A stretch of 54,754 nucleotides of DNA from Methylotenera sp. Lineage in GTDB: Bacteria; Pseudomonadota; Gammaproteobacteria; Burkholderiales; Methylophilaceae. This document shows, one piece after another, positions 28,049-37,384 of this stretch. Below the pieces are notes generated by a model. The model did no database searches and was not told the origin of the DNA. It was given only the letters and a program-made list of their open reading frames with translations. Where the stretch lies: assembly GCA_025351225.1 (NCBI GenBank), contig JANXWL010000133.1, forward strand, positions 1 to 54,754, written 5' to 3'. The stretch's first letter is position 1; every line of letters begins with the position of its first letter. Position numbers and translations under genes: made by a program.

Positions 28049-29509
28049 CTAAGTAGTTAGGCGTTTAAAGCTTAGCATTACTTTTAGGCCGCGCTGTGTT
28101 GGCTTGGTAGACAGCGTTCCATTCTCTATAATGCTATCTGCAATGCTGATACTTGCACCATGTAAACTGGCAATTTCTTTTACAATTGCCAGCCCAAGTC
28201 CGCTGCCAGTTTGCTCGCTTGCGCCTTGGCGGTTGTCGAGCACGCGGTGAAAGCGATCAAATATTTTATCTTTTTCCGTATCGCTCACACCAGGTCCGTT
28301 ATCTTCGACGATTAAATTCACTAATGTTTCAGATACATCTAAAGCCACTGTGATTTTCCCGCCAGTTTGCGTATAGCGAATGGCGTTATCGATTAAGTTA
28401 TTCAGCAAGTCGCTTAACCTATCAACATTGCCAAGAATCATTGCTGGCACTAGGCTAGGCTCAAACCCTAAATCAATTTGTTTCTTAAGTGCAGACGGTG
28501 CAATTTCGAGCGCAATGTCTTTAGTAAGCGTGTTCAAATCAAGTCTGACCATACTCACCGTTGCTGCAGCTTCTGGTTGGCTGCGCGCCAATACTAATAA
28601 TTGGTTAATCGTGTGTAATAGCTTATCTAGGCTTTGATAAGCGCGCGGTAGCAGCGCTCTTACTGCCGCTGGCTCTACTTCTTGCTCGGCTAGCTCTAAT
28701 TGCGCTTGTGCGCCTGCAAGTGGCGTTCTAAGCTGATGTGCAGCATCCGCCACGAAGCGATTTTGCGCAGAAATTAAGTTTTGCAGCTTATGCATGAGTT
28801 GATTCACCGCATTGGCCACCAGCGATACTTCTTGGGGGATATTGGGTAGCTCAATTGGGCTTAAATCTTGATCAGAGCGTTTTAGCAGTGCATCTTGCAA
28901 GGCGTCTAAAGGTGCCAACCCCCTTTCAACGCCAAACCAAATAATAAAAAATGACAGTAAAGCCAACAATAGTTGTGGCACAACGATGCCCACCAAAATA
29001 GTATTCGTGAGCGTCTCACGCCATTTTTGCGTGCCTGCAATTTGTATGGTGATGGCTTGCGTGCCTTGCGAATTGCTAATATTAAAGACTGCATGCACAA
29101 CCCGAAAATCCTCATTGGCGATTATGGTGTCGTAGTAGTAATGGGCTGGGTGGTGTTTATCATCATCGCTATCATCTAGCTCAATTTGTTTAGCGTTTTG
29201 CAACGCTCTGCTTCCACTTAGTAACTGGCCTTGGCTATTACTGATGCTATATAAGATTTTATCTACTTCGTCTTTTAAAAATACGTGGCTAGCATTTTCT
29301 AGCAAACGAATATCTTTGGGGGCGCTACCGAAATTGCTTAAAAATTGTGAAACATCTTTGGCTGACGCAAACAAATCTGCATCCAATTCTTTTTCTAGTT
29401 TATCGATGGCTAGCTTAAATAGTATCGTGCTATCGACCAAAATCAGCAGCAATAGCAATGGGATTAACCAGCTGAGTAATTTTCTGCGTAGAGAAGCTTG
29501 TTTTTTCAT
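28049..29509 (-). CDS. Sensor histidine kinase (TctE/QseC-like)
   Basis: Two TM helices, H-box DAAHQLRTPL, N-box NLIDNAIRY, DNGPG and GSGLGLAI. Confidence 0.93.
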   Translation of the reverse strand: MKKQASLRRKLLSWLIPLLLLLILVDSTILFKLAIDKLEKELDADLFASAKDVSQFLSNFGSAPKDIRLLENASHVFLKDEVDKILYSISNSQGQLLSGSRALQNAKQIELDDSDDDKHHPAHYYYDTIIANEDFRVVHAVFNISNSQGTQAITIQIAGTQKWRETLTNTILVGIVVPQLLLALLSFFIIWFGVERGLAPLDALQDALLKRSDQDLSPIELPNIPQEVSLVANAVNQLMHKLQNLISAQNRFVADAAHQLRTPLAGAQAQLELAEQEVEPAAVRALLPRAYQSLDKLLHTINQLLVLARSQPEAAATVSMVRLDLNTLTKDIALEIAPSALKKQIDLGFEPSLVPAMILGNVDRLSDLLNNLIDNAIRYTQTGGKITVALDVSETLVNLIVEDNGPGVSDTEKDKIFDRFHRVLDNRQGASEQTGSGLGLAIVKEIASLHGASISIADSIIENGTLSTKPTQRGLKVMLSFKRLTT

Positions 29510-29513
29510 TTGC

Positions 29514-30206
29514 TTATTCTTTTTGATCAAATTTTTCTAGGTCTAATTTTTCTAGCAAATAACCCAAGCCACGTACTGTGCGCACCTCGATGCCAACTTG
29601 CAACAGTTTTTTGCGTAGCCGATGCATATAGACTTCAATCGCGTTGCTACCAAGGCTGTCATCCCAATCGCTAATATTGCCCAGCAAGCTTTCTTTACTC
29701 ACTACTTTGCCAACGCGAATTAACAGGGTTTCTAGCAAGCTAAATTCGCGTGGTGATAATGCAAATGGCTCGCCAAGATAAGTCACCAAGCGTTCTTTTA
29801 TGTGCAAAGTCAGCGGCGAGTATTCAATAGTGACGGCGCTCATCGCGTGTTTGCGGCGAATTTGCACGCGTAAGCGAGCGGCCAGTTCGGGTAGTTTAAT
29901 GGGTTTAATTAAATAGTCGTCCGCACCTAAATCAAGCCCAGCAATACGGTCTTCTAAGGCATCACGTGCAGTTAAAATAATCACGCTGGTATCAAGTTTT
30001 CGCGCACGCAGGCGTTTTAGCACGCTTAAACCATCCATTTGCGGCAGACCAAGGTCTAAAATGACCACTTCATAGAGGTCTTCGTGCAAAGCCAAATCGG
30101 CTTGCTTGCCATCTTGTACCCAGTCAACCGCATAGCCGTTATTACGCAGATAAACGCTGGTGGCGTTGCCTAAAATGCCGTCGTCTTCTACCAATAAAAT
30201 TCGCAT
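29514..30206 (-). CDS. OmpR-family response regulator (TctD/QseB-like)
   Basis: MRILLVEDD, ILDLGLP phosphoacceptor, GADDYLIKP, winged helix IEVYMHRLRKK...TVRGLGY. Confidence 0.94.
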   Translation of the reverse strand: MRILLVEDDGILGNATSVYLRNNGYAVDWVQDGKQADLALHEDLYEVVILDLGLPQMDGLSVLKRLRARKLDTSVIILTARDALEDRIAGLDLGADDYLIKPIKLPELAARLRVQIRRKHAMSAVTIEYSPLTLHIKERLVTYLGEPFALSPREFSLLETLLIRVGKVVSKESLLGNISDWDDSLGSNAIEVYMHRLRKKLLQVGIEVRTVRGLGYLLEKLDLEKFDQKE

Positions 30207-30225
30207 ACTCGAATCATGCCGCAAT

Positions 30226-30258
30226 TGTAAGGAAAATGTAAGGCTTAACGTTTAGATT
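30226..30258 (+). promoter_or_regulatory. Direct-repeat operator TGTAAGG-N4-TGTAAGG plus -10-like TAGATT
   Basis: Repeats at 30226 and 30237 (11-bp period). TAGATT at 30253, 9 nt after the box. Confidence 0.75.
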
Positions 30259-30400
30259 AATGCTTGTCTATTTGACTTCATTTATTAGTATTCATTTGTA
30301 AAAGTTCAATTATAATGTCTGTAGCAAAAATCAAATTTTGTTTGAACATTATGGTCACATTGGGTGACTAAGTCCAATTGCAAACATTTTATCACCAGCC

Positions 30401-31255
30401 ATGAAAAAATCTCACCTCACTCTTTTTGCTCATAGCTATTGGGATACGGTTCCCGTGTTATGGGGCATTTTGCATTTTGCCTATTTAATCGGCATGCTCG
30501 CGGCATTTCATTATCTGCCGTGGTGGGGCAACATGCTTACAGGCTTGTTTTATGCCTTTAGTATTTCGTGGAACGTGAATAGCGTATCGCATAACTTTAT
30601 TCACAATGCTTACTTTAAATCTAGCGTATTAAATCGCGCATTTAGCTTGCTAGAATCCATCACCATGGGCTTTTCGCAAACCATGTACGATCATGTGCAT
30701 CGCCAGCATCACATCGGTAACAACGACCGTATTGGCGAAAATGGCGAAACGGTTGATTGGATTTCTATCTACCAACATGGCGAAAACGGTGCGCCAGAAT
30801 CGGCTTTAAGGTACTCATTTTTAAGCTTTTTTCGCGATGATCCAAAACGTATTGTGGCTGGCATTCGCCGCTTAAACCCGCTTTTAGCAGAGTTTGCTTG
30901 GTTTGAGCTATCGGTAGTAGTTTTAATGTTCATTACACTATTTTTAATTAGCTGGAAGCTGGTTTTGTTTTTTGCGGTATTCCATTATTTGGGTCACTCG
31001 CTTACTGCTATGAATGGCTATTACGAGCATTTTGGTGCGAATCCAGACAAGCCAATCGCATGGGGTGTAAGCTGCTATAACCCTCTATTTAATTGGCTTT
31101 GGCTCAATAACGGTTATCATGCCGAACATCATTTTCGCCCTAAACATCACTGGACAAAAATGCGCGAGTTACACCTGCAAATTGCCGATAAACAGATTGC
31201 GGCGGGCGTAAAAGTGATTGCCTGGCCACACCAAATTGGGTTTTTGGCTAAATAA
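30401..31255 (+). CDS. Membrane fatty acid desaturase/hydroxylase family protein
   Basis: His boxes HNFIH, HRQHH and NNGYHAEHH, TM helices. Confidence 0.85.
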   Translation: MKKSHLTLFAHSYWDTVPVLWGILHFAYLIGMLAAFHYLPWWGNMLTGLFYAFSISWNVNSVSHNFIHNAYFKSSVLNRAFSLLESITMGFSQTMYDHVHRQHHIGNNDRIGENGETVDWISIYQHGENGAPESALRYSFLSFFRDDPKRIVAGIRRLNPLLAEFAWFELSVVVLMFITLFLISWKLVLFFAVFHYLGHSLTAMNGYYEHFGANPDKPIAWGVSCYNPLFNWLWLNNGYHAEHHFRPKHHWTKMRELHLQIADKQIAAGVKVIAWPHQIGFLAK

Positions 31256-31294
31256 GCCTGAAAGCCGCTCCAAATAAGGCTTTATCTCTCGAAC

Positions 31295-31327
31295 TGTAAG
31301 CAAACTGTAAGCTAGGTTTATTAAAAT
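31295..31327 (+). promoter_or_regulatory. Direct-repeat operator TGTAAGC-N4-TGTAAGC plus -10-like TAAAAT
   Basis: Repeats at 31295 and 31306 (11-bp period). TAAAAT at 31322, 9 nt after the box. Same geometry as 30226-30258. Confidence 0.75.
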
Positions 31328-31369
31328 GCATATCATTATGTGATTGAGTATATAAACCTAAGGAGCCTA

Positions 31370-32071
31370 ATGCTTTTTATCATCGATTTTGACGGTACAC
31401 TTTCAGTAAAAGACACGATAGACGACATGCTTGAGCACTTTGCCGACCCCAGTTGGGAAGATATTGAGCAATCATGGTTAAATGGCGAAATTAACGCCGT
31501 AGAGTGCATGACGCAGCAAGTGCGCATGGTTAAATCTGATAACATCACCTTAGAAGGATTCTTTCGCGGCATTCAACTAGATGCGACTTTTGTGCCGTTT
31601 TATAAGCACATCAGCCAATTTGCCAAGGTAGCCATTGTAAGTGATGGCCTTGACCATGCAGTTAAAGTGGCCATGCGTAATGCCGCTATGCCAGATATTC
31701 CCGTGTATGCCAATCACTTACACTTTACGCCAGATGGCTTGGATATTAGCTTCCCTAACAAAGTTGAAGGTTGCGCAGGCGGCAACGGCACTTGCAAGTG
31801 CGCCATTGCACAAAATCTCTCGCTAGAGTCTAGCGGGGCTTTTGGTGCTGGTGGCCCAGTGGTACTAATTGGCGATGGTAAATCGGATGCTTGCCTTGCA
31901 GGTCGCGCTGATATTGTATTTGCTAAAGGTTCGCTCATTAAACATTGCGAGAAAAACAATATTCAGCACCACAATTTTCAAACCTTTGCCGACGTTTTGG
32001 CAAAAGTGAAAACTTGGCCGCAAAACTTACCACAAGTTAAGCCACAAAAGGTGGCCAGCTTGCGCGCATAA
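31370..32071 (+). CDS. HAD-IB phosphatase (MtnX-like)
   Basis: DFDGT, IVSDG, CKC and IGDGKSD motifs. AGGAG before ATG 31370. Confidence 0.88.
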   Translation: MLFIIDFDGTLSVKDTIDDMLEHFADPSWEDIEQSWLNGEINAVECMTQQVRMVKSDNITLEGFFRGIQLDATFVPFYKHISQFAKVAIVSDGLDHAVKVAMRNAAMPDIPVYANHLHFTPDGLDISFPNKVEGCAGGNGTCKCAIAQNLSLESSGAFGAGGPVVLIGDGKSDACLAGRADIVFAKGSLIKHCEKNNIQHHNFQTFADVLAKVKTWPQNLPQVKPQKVASLRA

Positions 32072-32089
32072 TGATTCAAATTTAATTAC

Positions 32090-32126
32090 TTAACTATAAT
32101 TATTTAACTACTTAACTATTTAACTA
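32090..32126 (+). repeat. Four copies of TTAACTA in an AT-rich intergenic spacer
   Basis: Copies at 32090, 32104, 32112 and 32120. Confidence 0.6.
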
Positions 32127-32147
32127 CAAACTAAAAAGGTTTTTTGC

Positions 32148-33521
32148 ATGGACGCCAAAATTATCGAGATTTTAAGAAAAAACGACAAATATTGCTCTCA
32201 TGGCGATACGGTGAATTATGCAGACCCACCAAAAGTATTTGAAGATTGCCAAGGCAGTTTTTTATTCGATGAAAATAAAACACCGTATTTAGACTGGCAA
32301 ATGTGGTATTCAGCAGTTAATTTTGGCTATAAAAACAAACGCTTAAGTGATGTCCTTCATAAACAGGTTGATACTTTACCACAGCTGGCTAGCCAATATT
32401 TGCATAAAGAAAAAGTCGATTTGGCTGAAATTATTTGTAAATACATGGAAGACAAATATGGCGAAAAAGGCCGTGTACATTTTAATGTGGGTGGAGCGCA
32501 GGCGGTAGAAGACTCTCTCAAACTGGTGCGTAATCACACGGGAAAAACACACCAATTTGCGTTTATGGGTGGCTACCATGGTCGCACCCTAGGTGCTTCT
32601 GCGATTACCTCTAGTTTCCGCTATCGCCGCCGTTTTGGCAACTTTGCAGATCGTGCAGAATTTATACCTTACCCCTATTGTTACCGTTGTCCTTACGACA
32701 TGAAAGTGGAAACTTGCGATACGTATTGTCACAAGCAGTTTGAAAAACTGTTTGAGACCGAATACCAATCTGTTTTAGATGTTAAAACTAATGAAAGCGA
32801 ATTTGGGGCATTTTACATCGAGCCTATGCAAGGTACTGGCGGCTATATTATTCCGCCTGAAGGCTATATGGCTAAGCTACAAGCCAGCTTGAGAAAACGC
32901 AATATCTTATTAGTTGCCGATGAAATCCAAATGGGTGTGTACCGCACAGGCAAGCTGTGGTCTTGGGAAAACTTTGGTATCGTACCTGACGTGTTTGTGT
33001 TCGGCAAGGCCATTACCAACGGCCTAAATCCATTATCTGGCATTTGGGCAAAAGAAGAATACATTAACCCAGAAAAATTCCCGCCAGGTACTACACACTC
33101 AACGTTTGCATCAAATCCATTGGGTACGGCTGTAGCGCTTGAAGTGCTTAAAATGACGGCTGAGGGCGATTTTGAGGCGCAAGTAAATGAGCGTGGCGCG
33201 TACTTTCTAAAAGCGATTCAAGGCCTTAAATCACGCTGGAAAGTGGTTGGCGATGTGAGTGGCTTAGGTTTAGCTTTGCGTATTGAGTTGTGTACAGAAG
33301 ACGGTTTTACTGCAAGCCGTCAATTAGCCGATAGAATGTTTAACGAAGGCTTAAAAGGTGATATTGATATTGGCGGAAAAATGTACGGTTTGGTGCTGGA
33401 CATTGGCGGTTACCAAAAAAATGTGATTACACTGGCACCTTCTTTGTTAATCACCAATGATGAGATTGATTTAGGCATTAAACTGTTTGAGGCTTTATTA
33501 AAACGCTGTGGTGCTTGCTAA
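32148..33521 (+). CDS. Class III PLP-dependent aminotransferase
   Basis: GGYHGRT, IEPMQGTGG, VADEIQMGVYRTG, FGKAITNG (PLP Lys) and THSTF. Confidence 0.92.
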   Translation: MDAKIIEILRKNDKYCSHGDTVNYADPPKVFEDCQGSFLFDENKTPYLDWQMWYSAVNFGYKNKRLSDVLHKQVDTLPQLASQYLHKEKVDLAEIICKYMEDKYGEKGRVHFNVGGAQAVEDSLKLVRNHTGKTHQFAFMGGYHGRTLGASAITSSFRYRRRFGNFADRAEFIPYPYCYRCPYDMKVETCDTYCHKQFEKLFETEYQSVLDVKTNESEFGAFYIEPMQGTGGYIIPPEGYMAKLQASLRKRNILLVADEIQMGVYRTGKLWSWENFGIVPDVFVFGKAITNGLNPLSGIWAKEEYINPEKFPPGTTHSTFASNPLGTAVALEVLKMTAEGDFEAQVNERGAYFLKAIQGLKSRWKVVGDVSGLGLALRIELCTEDGFTASRQLADRMFNEGLKGDIDIGGKMYGLVLDIGGYQKNVITLAPSLLITNDEIDLGIKLFEALLKRCGAC

Positions 33522-33539
33522 GCCAAGTATTGATAAGCC

Positions 33540-34421
33540 ATGCAAGGCATCACGATATTTAATGTTGACGGCAGTGTGACCGCACAAAAAGATTTTTTGC
33601 AGCGGTTCTCTGCCAAAATTAATATAAAATCGTTGCTATCGTTCAAGCGCATGGCACGACTTTGGTGCAGTGCAAGCGAATTCAAGCGCGTGAGCAGTGC
33701 CATGCAGCTGCCAAATCTCAATCAGTTTGCGCTGTTAGGTTCTGGTGATTATCACCATCTCACCTTAGCTTTGTTGCAACAACATCAAGCGCCACTTACT
33801 TTAGTGTTGTTTGACAACCATCCTGATTGGATACGTCCACCACATCAATATCACTGCGGTACATGGATTTACGCTGCAGCGCGCTTGCCGCAAGTGGCGC
33901 GTATTGTCATTGTGGGTTTGGAAAATGGCGATTTGTGCGGTAAAAAGTTTCAAGACGGCGATGTTGAAAGCTATTTAAACAAAAAAATTGTGTTGCTACC
34001 TTACACAGCCGTCGAAGTGACTATTGGCGCGGAACAAACCGTGCAATTACAATCGCAACTTAAAGCCAGTCTAAAAGCAGGGGTGCAAGAGATTTTAAGC
34101 CATATTGCAACCCAACATGTGTATGTGAGTGTCGACAAAGATTGTCTGCGCCTCGATGATGCTATCACCAATTGGGAGCAGGGTACGCTGCCGCTAGAAA
34201 CGGTAACAGCCTGCATTGCCGCCATCCGCAATAATCATATAATCGTGGGTGCAGATACTGTCGGTGATTATTCGCCGCCCATATTTAATTCGCCACTTAA
34301 ATGGATTGGCTCATTTTTAGATAGGCCTGCCAATGCTTGGCGAGTGCAAACTAATTCACAAGCCAATGCTGTAAATGCTGCCGCAAATGTTAAAATAGCA
34401 CTCGCACTAGGGCTGATCTAA
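33540..34421 (+). CDS. Ureohydrolase (arginase/agmatinase) family protein
   Basis: GSGDYHH, FDNHPD, HCGTW and SVDKDCL metal-binding motifs. Confidence 0.8.
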   Translation: MQGITIFNVDGSVTAQKDFLQRFSAKINIKSLLSFKRMARLWCSASEFKRVSSAMQLPNLNQFALLGSGDYHHLTLALLQQHQAPLTLVLFDNHPDWIRPPHQYHCGTWIYAAARLPQVARIVIVGLENGDLCGKKFQDGDVESYLNKKIVLLPYTAVEVTIGAEQTVQLQSQLKASLKAGVQEILSHIATQHVYVSVDKDCLRLDDAITNWEQGTLPLETVTACIAAIRNNHIIVGADTVGDYSPPIFNSPLKWIGSFLDRPANAWRVQTNSQANAVNAAANVKIALALGLI

Positions 34422-34459
34422 ATGCTAAATATTGTCCAAATCATAGTGGCGCAGCATTA

Positions 34460-34840
34460 ATGTTGTTTAGTGTTAAAGCATTGATGTTATTTGCAATTGC
34501 TATGGCATTTGATACGGCAGGTAATTTGCTATTAAAGCTTGGTATGAATGATTTCACAGCCTCTAGCTTACCGATTTGGCGAGGGCTTTTGGCTAATGTT
34601 AAACAGGTTATTGCTTCAAAAATTTTAATATTAGGCGCGCTAAGCATGGTGTGCGAAGCAATTGTGTGGTTTGCGTTTTTATCCATTACGCCACTAAACG
34701 TAGCGGGGCCAATGGCTAGTGCGAATAATGTGTTTATTTTATTGGCCTCTAGTTGGTTGTTAAAAGAACACGTCACAGCAAAACGCTGGCTGGGCGTTGG
34801 TTTAATTATCACTGGCATGCTGTTTGTGGGCAGTGTGTAA
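34460..34840 (+). CDS. Small 4-TM EamA/SMR protein (ArnE/ArnF-like)
   Basis: 126 aa, four hydrophobic helices, LLKEHVTAKRWLGVGLI. Confidence 0.8.
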   Translation: MLFSVKALMLFAIAMAFDTAGNLLLKLGMNDFTASSLPIWRGLLANVKQVIASKILILGALSMVCEAIVWFAFLSITPLNVAGPMASANNVFILLASSWLLKEHVTAKRWLGVGLIITGMLFVGSV

Positions 34841-34867
34841 ATTTGGCTTAAATTTAAGATTAATACA

Positions 34868-35767
34868 ATGAGAGTAAACGATTTGCAAAAACAAGATCCA
34901 GTGATGCCCATTGATGCGTTATTAGGCGAGGTTGGTTTTATTGAGCGCAAAGGTAAGTCAGGCGTGCTGCTGGTGCATGGCCTTACTGGCACACCCACTG
35001 AGATGAAACAATTTGGTAAAGTCATCGCGCGTCAAGGCTTTACTGTGGCTTGCCCCGAGCTGGCAGGGCATTGTGACAGTATTGAAGCGCTCACCGCTAC
35101 CAAATGGAGTGATTGGTATCACTCGATTGAGGTGGCGTTTGACGCGCTTAAACAAGAGTGCGAGCATGTATTTATTGCTGGGCTTTCTATGGGTGCACTG
35201 ATTGCGCTATTGGTGGCCGCTAAGAAAAAAGACCAAGTCGCAGGTGTTATTTTACTTTCCACCACATTTTTTTATGATGGCTGGAATGTGCCAATATTTA
35301 AGCAAAAGGTATTGTTGCCGCTAGTGCTATATAGCCCGCTAAAATACTTTATGCAATGGGAAGAAACCTCGCCCTACGGCATTAAAGATGAGCGCACTCG
35401 CGCTTTAGTGCATGCAATTTTAGAAAATCGCGATTCACAAGCTGCCGATAAAATTGGTTATTTTAAAACACCCGCCACCGTTATTTTGGAAAGTGTGCGT
35501 ATGATTAAAGCCGCTAAAAAGTCGCTAAAAGATGTCATTTCGCCCGCCTTAATTGTGCATTCCACCGAAGATGATATGGCTAGCTTAAAAAACGCGTATT
35601 ACACGCAGGCCAATATTGCCTCTAAAACGGTTGAAACGTTTTTTGTGGATGATACCTATCATGTGTTGACGCTGGATAAACGCAAAGATGATGTTGCACG
35701 CCGTGCTGCACAGTTTTGTAAAGAACAAGTGCAAAAACTCAATTTGCCCATGCCCGTTCAAGCCTAA
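34868..35767 (+). CDS. Alpha/beta hydrolase (carboxylesterase/lipase-like)
   Basis: HGLTG oxyanion motif, GLSMG nucleophile elbow, EDD and YHV triad positions. Confidence 0.88.
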   Translation: MRVNDLQKQDPVMPIDALLGEVGFIERKGKSGVLLVHGLTGTPTEMKQFGKVIARQGFTVACPELAGHCDSIEALTATKWSDWYHSIEVAFDALKQECEHVFIAGLSMGALIALLVAAKKKDQVAGVILLSTTFFYDGWNVPIFKQKVLLPLVLYSPLKYFMQWEETSPYGIKDERTRALVHAILENRDSQAADKIGYFKTPATVILESVRMIKAAKKSLKDVISPALIVHSTEDDMASLKNAYYTQANIASKTVETFFVDDTYHVLTLDKRKDDVARRAAQFCKEQVQKLNLPMPVQA

Positions 35768-35799
35768 AATGTTGTTTAAAAATTAAGGACTTACAAGAG

Positions 35800-36069
35800 A
35801 TGACAACACCCAGTAACACAACGCCAAGTTTAGAAGAAATTTCAATCGTTCTGGCCAAAATGATTGCCGATAAAATGGAAATCGACGTGGCAACGATTAC
35901 ACCAACTAGCAACTTAACTGAGCTGGGGCTTGATTCGCTTGATACTTTCGATATTATTTTTAATGCCGAAGATCACTTTAAAATTAAAGTGCCAAATGAT
36001 CAAGTGAACATTGAAACGCTGCAAGATGTGACGGCTTTAGTGCATAAACTTATTCTAAGTCAGCAATGA
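35800..36069 (+). CDS. Acyl carrier protein
   Basis: Acidic 89-aa protein with LGLDSLD phosphopantetheine site. Confidence 0.9.
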   Translation: MTTPSNTTPSLEEISIVLAKMIADKMEIDVATITPTSNLTELGLDSLDTFDIIFNAEDHFKIKVPNDQVNIETLQDVTALVHKLILSQQ

Positions 36070-36087
36070 TAAGGCCCAACAAAAATA

Positions 36088-37338
36088 ATGGTTAATGCTC
36101 ATAAGCGCGTTGTTGTTACAGGTATGGGTGTTGTGTCGCCTATTGGTAATGGTCTTGCTGAACTTTCAAAACAAGTGTTTGCGGGCCTTTCAGGCATAAA
36201 AAAAATCGATGCACCGTTTGTTGAGCAGCTTAGTTGCAAGCTGGCCGCGCAAGCCAACTTTGATCCCGCCGCATATTTCAGCAAACATACTTACTCAATG
36301 TTAGACCGCACCAGCCAAATGGCGTTACACACTAGTATAGAGGCGGTTAAGCATGCAGGTTTAAGTGTTAATGAGGCTTTGCAACCACGTATGGGCGTGT
36401 ATCTTGGCACTGGCATGGGTGGCGCTAGCTCGGTTGAGGAGGGTTATGTGCGCCTGTTTAAGGACGGCGCAAGCCGCTTAAAACCATTTACCGTGCTAAT
36501 GAGTATGAATAATGCCGCGGCTTCTGCAATTGCGCTTGAGTTTCAAATCACGGGTCCTAACCAAACGTTTTCGACCGCATGTTCGTCATCTGCTGTGGCG
36601 ATTGGTGAAGCTGCACGCCTCATTCGCCATGGTTATGCCGATGTAATGTTAGCTGGCGGCGCAGAAGCGCTATTGACGTTTGGCACGATTAAAGCTTGGG
36701 AAGCTTTGCGCACGCTTGCAGACGAAGACCAAGTCGACGTGAGCCGTTCATGCAAGCCATTTTCGTTAAACCGCTCAGGCTTGGTATTGGGTGAGGGAGC
36801 AGCGATGCTAGTACTAGAGTCGCTAGAGCACGCACAAGCTCGCGGTGCGACTATTTACGCTGAGCTTGCTGGTTACGGCTCGGCTAACGACAGCGGCCAC
36901 ATTACACAGCCATCCGTCAAAGGTCAATTAGCGACCATGCAAGCAGCCTTGAGTGATGCTAATTTGCCACCGCAAGCCATTGAATACATTAATGCACATG
37001 GTACAGGCACGGTGATGAACGATGCGACTGAAACCAACGCTATCAAGCAAGTGTTTGGTGAGTATGCGTATAAGTTGAGTGTTAGCTCAACCAAAGGCGC
37101 GCATGGTCATTTAATGGGTGCAGCAGGCGCGTTAGAGGCAGTGATTACTTTGCTAGCGCTTAATAGCAACACGCTGCCGCCAACCATTAACCTCGCGCAG
37201 CCAGACCCTGCTTGCGATTTGAATTATGTGCCAAACACCGCTAAAACCTTGCCTAGTTTAGATTGCGTGATGAGTAACTCATTTGCGTTTGGCGGCACAG
37301 GCGCAGCACTTATATTTAAAAAACTGTCTTTAAAATAA
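36088..37338 (+). CDS. Beta-ketoacyl-ACP synthase (FabF-like)
   Basis: RVVVTGMG, TACSSS, NAHGTGT, GHLMGAAG and SNSFAFGG (Cys-His-His triad). Confidence 0.93.
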   Translation: MVNAHKRVVVTGMGVVSPIGNGLAELSKQVFAGLSGIKKIDAPFVEQLSCKLAAQANFDPAAYFSKHTYSMLDRTSQMALHTSIEAVKHAGLSVNEALQPRMGVYLGTGMGGASSVEEGYVRLFKDGASRLKPFTVLMSMNNAAASAIALEFQITGPNQTFSTACSSSAVAIGEAARLIRHGYADVMLAGGAEALLTFGTIKAWEALRTLADEDQVDVSRSCKPFSLNRSGLVLGEGAAMLVLESLEHAQARGATIYAELAGYGSANDSGHITQPSVKGQLATMQAALSDANLPPQAIEYINAHGTGTVMNDATETNAIKQVFGEYAYKLSVSSTKGAHGHLMGAAGALEAVITLLALNSNTLPPTINLAQPDPACDLNYVPNTAKTLPSLDCVMSNSFAFGGTGAALIFKKLSLK

Positions 37339-37384
37339 CCTTTTTTAATATAACTGACTTAAAAAATTAGCTTAAATTTCTCGC

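Noticed and set aside
28021-28050. Bidirectional terminator between the RND and kinase genes
   Set aside because: Only a short bulged stem (CTGGTT/AACCAG) without clear U-tracts, too weak to call.
31370-32071. mtnX of methionine salvage
   Set aside because: Only the HAD-IB subfamily resemblance is supported. No other mtn genes are present and the context is lipid-related.
36088-37338. Housekeeping acpP-fabF locus
   Set aside because: No fabD, fabG, fabH or plsX nearby, and the ACP and KAS are embedded in a specialised operon.
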